DNA from: Patescibacteria group bacterium
GTDB lineage: Bacteria > Patescibacteriota > Patescibacteriia > UM-FILTER-42-10
Direction of reading: 5' to 3'
Assembly: GCA_018825385.1 (NCBI GenBank)
Contig: JAHJEX010000006.1
Location: 186-64,185, forward strand
DNA length: 64,000 nt
A program made the translations under genes and the position numbers. Below, in pieces: positions 58,642-64,000 of this stretch. The notes under the pieces are model-generated. The model was not told where the DNA came from, did no database searches, and worked only from the letters and a program-made list of their open reading frames with translations. The first letter of the stretch is position 1. Every line of letters begins with the position of its first letter.

Positions 58642-59451
58642 ATGAAATTTATTCTAGGTAAAAAACTGGGAATGTCGAGAAAGTTTCAAGAAGATGGAAC
58701 TGTTGTTCCTGTTACATTAGTTGAAGCCGGTCCTTGTGTGATTGTCCAAATAAAAACCGAAAAGAAAGATGGTTACAATGCTGTTCAGGTAGGTTTTGGC
58801 AAGAAAAAAAATGTCACAAAACCTGAAAAAGGACACGTAAAGGATTTGGAAACTTTTCGTTATTTGAGAGAATTCAGAGCAGATGGTGTAGATGCTTTTA
58901 AGAGGGGTGATGAATTTACTGCAGCAGTATTTAGTGAAGGTGATGAAATAAAAGTAACTGGTATTTCAATAGGCAAAGGATTCCAGGGCGTAGTGAAGCG
59001 CCATGGGTTCCATGGAAGTCCGGCAACTCACGGCCATAAAGATCAGTTACGAATGCCTGGTTCGATCGGATCTGCGTATCCAGAGCATGTTCGTAAAGGA
59101 AAAAGAATGGGTGGGCAAATGGGAAACCAGCAGGCAACTATAACTAATTTGAAGGTTGTGTCTGTGGATATAGAAAAAAATCAATTGGCAATTAAAGGCG
59201 GAATCCCCGGACCTACAAACAATCTTGTACTGATATATGGTGAAGGAGAAATGGTAATGAAACAGGAGAAAAATGAGGATATGAAAAAAGAAGTGAAGCC
59301 TGAAACAAAGCAAGAGACTCCAAAAAATAATGAAAAGGTGACAGGTAAACCAAAAGAATCAGTTAAAACTGCAGAAAAAATGGAAAACCCTTCGACTCGC
59401 CTCGATTCGGCGAAGCGGGCAAGCTCAGGGTCTAAAGAAGAAAAGAAATGA
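58642..59451 (+). CDS. rplC: 50S ribosomal protein uL3 with ~65-aa Lys/Glu-rich C-terminal extension
   Basis: MKFILGKKLGMSRKF...GKGFQGVVKRHGF. Start at the ATG at 58642 (the ORF track begins at GTG 58609). Confidence 0.95.
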   Translation: MKFILGKKLGMSRKFQEDGTVVPVTLVEAGPCVIVQIKTEKKDGYNAVQVGFGKKKNVTKPEKGHVKDLETFRYLREFRADGVDAFKRGDEFTAAVFSEGDEIKVTGISIGKGFQGVVKRHGFHGSPATHGHKDQLRMPGSIGSAYPEHVRKGKRMGGQMGNQQATITNLKVVSVDIEKNQLAIKGGIPGPTNNLVLIYGEGEMVMKQEKNEDMKKEVKPETKQETPKNNEKVTGKPKESVKTAEKMENPSTRLDSAKRASSGSKEEKK

Positions 59452-60098
59452 GCAAAGTAACTGTCTACAATCAAGAAGGAAATAACGTTGGCGATGTTGA
59501 ATTACCAGCACAAATTTTTGGTGTAAAGATTAGTCCTGAATTGGTTCAGCAGGCAGTTGTTAGACAACAAGCAAATTCTAGGCAGGTGATTGCTCACACA
59601 AAGGGACGTAGTGATGTTAGAGGTGGTGGCCGCAAGCCTTGGGCTCAAAAAGGAACCGGCAGAGCAAGGCATGGTTCAATTCGATCACCGCTATGGGCTG
59701 GTGGAGGCGTAACTTTTGGTCCTTCAAAAGAAAGAAATTTTTCGAAGCGAATGAATCGTAAGGCAAAGAAAAAAGCTCTATTAATGGCACTTTCAGACCG
59801 TGCCCGAGAAAAGAAAGTGGTTGTAGTTGATAATTTGAAGCTTGCTGAGATTAAAACAAAAACCTTGATGAATATTTTGAATAAGCTTCCAATAAAGAAT
59901 AACAAGACTTTAGTGATTGTTCCTGAAACTGACAAAATCATTACAAAATCTGCAAACAATCTACCAATGGTTGAAACATGCCAGGCAGATAATTTAAATA
60001 TTCTCCAGGTTTTAAATGCGGAGTATTTATTGATTGCAAAGGATAGCATTTTGAAGATGAAGAAAACATATTTCAAAAAAGAAGATGTAAAGAAATAA
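59448..60098 (+). CDS. rplD: 50S ribosomal protein uL4
   Basis: GGGRKPWAQKGTGRARHGSIRSPLWAGGGVTFGP. Confidence 0.95.
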   Translation: MSKVTVYNQEGNNVGDVELPAQIFGVKISPELVQQAVVRQQANSRQVIAHTKGRSDVRGGGRKPWAQKGTGRARHGSIRSPLWAGGGVTFGPSKERNFSKRMNRKAKKKALLMALSDRAREKKVVVVDNLKLAEIKTKTLMNILNKLPIKNNKTLVIVPETDKIITKSANNLPMVETCQADNLNILQVLNAEYLLIAKDSILKMKKTYFKKEDVKK

Positions 60099-60101
60099 AA
60101 A

Positions 60102-60623
60102 ATGGGATTACTTGATAAATTCAAAAAGAAAAGTAATACGAAAAAACCCGAAAAAAATGTAGAAAAGAAGTCTACAAAAACGGGGAAAGTTGATAGTGCA
60201 AAAAAGAAAAATCCTAAGACAAGATCGTTTGATCCCACACTAGTGCCATCTGCTGAAAAAGAAACTACATCAAAGAAAGATTCTTCAAAAAAGGAAGCGG
60301 TAAAACCATCACCAAAGAAAGCAAAAAAAGAAGATACCAAAAATGCATACCGTGTATTGATTCGGCCGGTCATCACAGAAAAAGCGACCAGCCTGGTTGC
60401 AAATGGTCAGTACGTTTTCGAAGTTGCGCCTGACGCAAATAAAGTTGAGATTAGAAAAGCAATCCAGAATTTGTATAGTGTTACGCCTGTAAAGGTAAGA
60501 ATAATGAATCAAAAGGCAAGAAGAGTCCAATACGGTCGCAATACAGGGACAACAAAGTTTTGGAAAAAGGCGATTGTGAATCTAAAATCTGGAGACAAGA
60601 TAGAAATACACGAGGGAGTTTAA
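60102..60623 (+). CDS. rplW: 50S ribosomal protein uL23 with ~80-aa Lys-rich N-terminal extension
   Basis: C-terminal core AYRVLIRPVITEKATSLVANGQYVFEVAPDANKVEIRKAIQNLYSVTPVKVRIMN. The N-terminus is KKPEK-rich. Confidence 0.9.
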   Translation: MGLLDKFKKKSNTKKPEKNVEKKSTKTGKVDSAKKKNPKTRSFDPTLVPSAEKETTSKKDSSKKEAVKPSPKKAKKEDTKNAYRVLIRPVITEKATSLVANGQYVFEVAPDANKVEIRKAIQNLYSVTPVKVRIMNQKARRVQYGRNTGTTKFWKKAIVNLKSGDKIEIHEGV

Positions 60624-60632
60624 TATAAAATT

Positions 60633-61466
60633 ATGGCAATCAAGAAATACAAACCTAATCATGCTGGAAGAAGAAAGTCATCTGTTGACGCATTTTCTGA
60701 TATTACTAAAAAGAAGCCAGAAAAGAAGCTTACAGTCATAAAGAAAAAGACGGGTGGTCGTAATGCTCAGGGCAGGATCACAGTTCGACACATAGGTGGT
60801 GGAAACAAAAGGTTCATAAGAATAGTTGATTTTAAAAGAAATATATTTGATGTTCCTGCAGAGGTTTTAGCAATTGAGTATGATCCTAATCGTAATGCAC
60901 GGATTGCCCTTGTGCAGTACGAGGGTGGAGAAAAGAGCTATTTCCTAGCACCAGTTAATTTGAGAGTGGGGACACGAGTTGTTTCTTCAAAAAGTAAAAT
61001 AGATGTGAAAGCTGGTAATCGCTCGACAATTGAAAATATTCCCCCAGGAGTTATGGTATATAATGTTGAGCTTTCCCCCGGCAAAGGAGGGGAGTTAGCA
61101 AGATCGGCAGGGAATGGTATCATGATACAGTCGGTTGAAGGTGATAATGCACAGTTAAAACTTCCTTCAGGAGAGATTCGATTGGTTTCCAGTAAATGTA
61201 TGGCAACAATTGGCCAAGTTTCTAATCCTGACTACAGACATATTAGGTGGGGAAAGGCAGGAAGAACTAGAAGAAAAGGTATTCGGCCAACAGTAAGAGG
61301 TAAAGCAATGAACCCCGTAGATCATCCACATGGAGGAGGAGAAGGCCGTGCTCCGATCGGTCTTAAACGTCCAAAGACTCCATGGGGCAAACCTGCGCTT
61401 GGAGCAAGAACCAGAAGAAAGGGAAAGAAATCAGATAAGCATATTATCAAAAGGAGAAATAAATAA
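60633..61466 (+). CDS. rplB: 50S ribosomal protein uL2
   Basis: GRNAQGRITVRHIGGGNKR...MNPVDHPHGGGEGR. Confidence 0.95.
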   Translation: MAIKKYKPNHAGRRKSSVDAFSDITKKKPEKKLTVIKKKTGGRNAQGRITVRHIGGGNKRFIRIVDFKRNIFDVPAEVLAIEYDPNRNARIALVQYEGGEKSYFLAPVNLRVGTRVVSSKSKIDVKAGNRSTIENIPPGVMVYNVELSPGKGGELARSAGNGIMIQSVEGDNAQLKLPSGEIRLVSSKCMATIGQVSNPDYRHIRWGKAGRTRRKGIRPTVRGKAMNPVDHPHGGGEGRAPIGLKRPKTPWGKPALGARTRRKGKKSDKHIIKRRNK

Positions 61467-61808
61467 ATGGCAAGATCACTAAAAAAAGGACCTTTTACAG
61501 ATCCTAAACTCCTCAAAAAGCTTTCAAATTTAAGGCAAGGGGATAAAACAATTATCAAAACTTGGTCTCGTTCATCCACAATCACTCCTGAGATGGTCGG
61601 ATTTACGATGGGTGTTCATAATGGCAGAGAACATATTCCGGTATATGTTGTAGAAAATATGGTAGGTCATAAGCTTGGAGAATTTTCACCCACTAGAACA
61701 TTTTTCAGACATGGCGGTAGGATGCAGAAGGAACAAGATGCAGCACAGGCTGAAAATAGGAAGAAGGAAATGGAATCTGCCGGAAAAGAGTTAGATAAAA
61801 AAGAATAA
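61467..61808 (+). CDS. rpsS: 30S ribosomal protein uS19 with short C-terminal charged extension
   Basis: [17 protein letters not shown]...[35 protein letters not shown]. Confidence 0.95.
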   Translation: MARSLKKGPFTDPKLLKKLSNLRQGDKTIIKTWSRSSTITPEMVGFTMGVHNGREHIPVYVVENMVGHKLGEFSPTRTFFRHGGRMQKEQDAAQAENRKKEMESAGKELDKKE

Positions 61809-61835
61809 TAATTATTTAAGAAATCTCAGAAATAG

Positions 61836-62375
61836 ATGGAAGTCAAAGCAAAACTAAGTCGGTTAAAAATAGCGCCCAGAAAAGTGCGATTGGTTATTAA
61901 TGTTGTCAAAGGTATGGATGTAGAAAAAGCCGAGCACCAACTTCAGTTTATGCAAAAAGGTGCCGCAGCCCCAGTACTTAAACTTCTGAAATCTGCAATT
62001 GCCAATGCTGTTAATAATTCAAAACTAGAAAAAAGTAATTTGTATGTTAAAGAGATTACAGCGAATGATGGCCCAGTACTTAAACGTTGGAAGCCAAGAG
62101 CATTTGGCAGAGCGACAGAAATTTTAAAAAGATCTTCCCATGTAGAAATTGTTCTGGGTGAACTGAAGGAGTCTAAGCCAGTGGCAAAAGATGCAAAAAA
62201 GAAAGATGCTAAAGATCAAAAAGAAGAATTGAAAGTGGTTGATGCGAATGAGATCAGAAAAGAGACTCAAGGTGAGCAGGGAAGAGAAGAAAAAGGTGAA
62301 ACAAAAGACAGAAAGTCTGGGCGCCGTTTTAAAGGCATGAAAGATGCATTTATTCATAGAACAGGAGACAAATAA
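61836..62375 (+). CDS. rplV: 50S ribosomal protein uL22 with ~70-aa Lys/Glu-rich C-terminal extension
   Basis: Core MEVKAKLSRLKIAPRKVRLVINVVKGMDVEKAEHQLQFM...HVEIVLGE. The tail is KDAKKKDAKDQKEE-rich. Confidence 0.9.
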   Translation: MEVKAKLSRLKIAPRKVRLVINVVKGMDVEKAEHQLQFMQKGAAAPVLKLLKSAIANAVNNSKLEKSNLYVKEITANDGPVLKRWKPRAFGRATEILKRSSHVEIVLGELKESKPVAKDAKKKDAKDQKEELKVVDANEIRKETQGEQGREEKGETKDRKSGRRFKGMKDAFIHRTGDK

Positions 62376-62377
62376 TC

Positions 62378-63046
62378 ATGGGACGTAAAGTAAATCCACG
62401 AATATTTCGAATCGGAATTATCAATGAATCTAGTTCAAAGTGGTTTGCACAAAAGAACTATCGTGTTTTTTTGAAAGAGGATGTCCAAATTCGAGATTAT
62501 ATTAGAAAGAAATTACGTGAGGGTGGCGTAGCTAGAGTCGAGATTGAACGTTCTTCCGGCACAATCACCATAATTATTCATACAAGCAGACCTGGTGTAG
62601 TAATTGGACGAGGTGGTGCAGGAATCGAAGATCTGAAAAAGTTTATTAAACAAAAGTTCCTTGGTAGTCAAAAAATCAGTTTAAATATAAATATTCAAGA
62701 AGTAAGCAAGCCTGATGTTGTTGCTGAATTGATACTACAGGGACTGATTAGTCAAATTGAAAAAAGGCTTCCGTTTAGAAGAGTTATGAAGAGAGGGATA
62801 GATCAGGTCATTCGTGCCGGTGCAGAGGGAGTAAAGATAGTAATGGCCGGAAGGCTGAATGGAGTAGAGATTGCTAGAACTGAAACTCTTTCAGAAGGGA
62901 AAGTACCTCTTCACACTTTGCGTGCTGATGTTGACTACTCTCGTGGAACTGCACATACAACATATGGAACTATTGGGGTTAAGGTATGGATCTATAGAGG
63001 TGAAATATTTGAGAAAGATAAAAATAACATTAATAAAAAATCCTAA
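62378..63046 (+). CDS. rpsC: 30S ribosomal protein uS3
   Basis: MGRKVNPRIFRIG...KH domain GVVIGRGGAGIEDL...GRLNGVEIARTE. Confidence 0.95.
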   Translation: MGRKVNPRIFRIGIINESSSKWFAQKNYRVFLKEDVQIRDYIRKKLREGGVARVEIERSSGTITIIIHTSRPGVVIGRGGAGIEDLKKFIKQKFLGSQKISLNINIQEVSKPDVVAELILQGLISQIEKRLPFRRVMKRGIDQVIRAGAEGVKIVMAGRLNGVEIARTETLSEGKVPLHTLRADVDYSRGTAHTTYGTIGVKVWIYRGEIFEKDKNNINKKS

Positions 63047-63064
63047 AAGTCGAACTGAAATATA

Positions 63065-63478
63065 ATGCTGACACCAAAGAAATTAAAATACAGAAAACCC
63101 TTCAAACCGAATCCAAGAGGCAAAGCCTCAAGAAAGATGGAATTGGCTTTTGGCAGTTACGGTCTGAAATCACTAGAAAATTCATGGATTTCGGACAGGC
63201 AAATTGAGGCAGCAAGGCGAGCGATGACCCGGTTTGTAAAGCGTGGTGGTAAAATTTGGATTAGGATTTTCCCACACAGCCCCATTACTGCAAAAGGTGG
63301 AGAAGTCGGTATGGGGGGAGGAAAGGGATCAGTAGAGAGATATGTTGCTACAGTAAAAAGCGGAACAATGCTGTTTGAAATGGACGGTGTACCTGAGGAT
63401 ATAGCTCGTGAAGCATTTAGACTAGCTTCTCACAAGCTACCAGTTAAGACAAAAATACTTGTTAAGAGGGGATTATAA
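63065..63478 (+). CDS. rplP: 50S ribosomal protein uL16
   Basis: [11 protein letters not shown]...[24 protein letters not shown]...GKIWIRIFP. Confidence 0.95.
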   Translation: MLTPKKLKYRKPFKPNPRGKASRKMELAFGSYGLKSLENSWISDRQIEAARRAMTRFVKRGGKIWIRIFPHSPITAKGGEVGMGGGKGSVERYVATVKSGTMLFEMDGVPEDIAREAFRLASHKLPVKTKILVKRGL

Positions 63479-63483
63479 GAATC

Positions 63484-63693
63484 ATGAAGTGGAAAGAATT
63501 ACAAGAAAAGAATGAGAATGAACTCCAGAAGCTCTTAGCTGTTTCAAGGGAGCATTTAAGGGAATTGCGTTTCAAAACACATAATGAACAGTTGAAGAAT
63601 GTTCGTGAGATTAGAATAGAAAAAAAGAATATTTCTAACATCTTGACTTTACTTAAACAAGAACAAACAAAAACTAAGACTTCTGATAAATAA
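63484..63693 (+). CDS. rpmC: 50S ribosomal protein uL29
   Basis: 69 aa. ELQEKNENELQKLLAVSREHLRELRFK. Confidence 0.85.
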   Translation: MKWKELQEKNENELQKLLAVSREHLRELRFKTHNEQLKNVREIRIEKKNISNILTLLKQEQTKTKTSDK

Positions 63694-63701
63694 TTATACA
63701 T

Positions 63702-63983
63702 ATGAGCGAAGAAATTACTACAAAAGAGCTTATTGATTCGACCAAGTCTGTCCCAAGAAAGAGAAAGTTCGTTGGCATTGTTGTTAGTGATTCTATGGAT
63801 AAAACAATTGTCGTTCGTGTCGATCGAGTTAAAACACACAAGAAATATCAAAAGCAATATGCTGTATCTAGAAAATACAAAGTACATGATGAAAAAAATA
63901 AATACAAAAAGGGTGATAAAGCTGAATTTATTGAATGTCGTCCTATTTCTAAAGACAAAAGATGGAGAGTTATTAATAAGTAA
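63702..63983 (+). CDS. rpsQ: 30S ribosomal protein uS17
   Basis: RKFVGIVVSDSMDKTIVVRVDRVKTHKKYQK...KVHDEKNKYKKGDKAEFIECRPISKDKRWRV. Confidence 0.95.
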   Translation: MSEEITTKELIDSTKSVPRKRKFVGIVVSDSMDKTIVVRVDRVKTHKKYQKQYAVSRKYKVHDEKNKYKKGDKAEFIECRPISKDKRWRVINK

Positions 63984-64000
63984 CTATTAATCAGTAACTT

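Noticed and set aside
59645-60376. 243-aa minus-strand ORF across rplD/rplW
   Set aside because: It lies antisense to two well-supported ribosomal protein genes. Its Phe/Ser-rich composition is the mirror of the Lys-rich coding strand.

Overview
The window is low-GC (about 35%), densely coding, and most genes lack a strong Shine-Dalgarno sequence. Many proteins carry Lys/Glu-rich extensions. This looks like a streamlined uncultivated bacterium, possibly Patescibacteria/CPR-like, but that is inference only. Content from left to right: a tandem ~100-bp repeat, then comFC, clpC, htpX, lemA and a membrane protein on the minus strand. Next come four consecutive large secreted proteins: three tandem Gly-rich paralogs with tail-fibre-like repeats, and a 751-aa protein with a novel GYAW/GW repeat. 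A complete type IV pilus (T4P) locus follows: pilM, a pilN-like gene with a long Lys-rich N-terminal extension, pilO-like, a gene for an FN3-domain membrane protein, pilB, a stand-alone receiver (REC), pilT with atypical Walker motifs, pilC, and a major pilin with its own promoter and terminator. A glycan-assembly island sits between the pilin gene and the prepilin peptidase pilD: two convergent Wzy_C/O-antigen-ligase-like TPR proteins, two Zn-ribbon SAM methyltransferases, GT4, GT2, a Wzx-like flippase and a PglC-like phosphoglycosyltransferase. I interpret this as a candidate pilin O-glycosylation system. Downstream of pilD are three pseudopilins and a 747-aa PilX-like Cys-rich protein. Then come ligA, gatC, gatA, a REC translationally coupled to ndk, and a ~1.5-kb higher-GC island. 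The island encodes Cys-rich CCCP-repeat proteins, an A8G8 homopolymer tract and small basic proteins with strong SD sites. After it lie a stand-alone trpB, a PAS histidine kinase preceded by a promoter/leader-peptide/terminator unit, a third REC, a P-type ATPase, mscS, an unannotated bL28 gene on the minus strand, and an M50 protease. The window ends with the str operon (rpsL-rpsG-fusA, an inserted PEGA-like protein, tuf) and the S10 operon (rpsJ through rpsQ), several members of which have Lys-rich extensions. No tRNA, rRNA or CRISPR array was detected.
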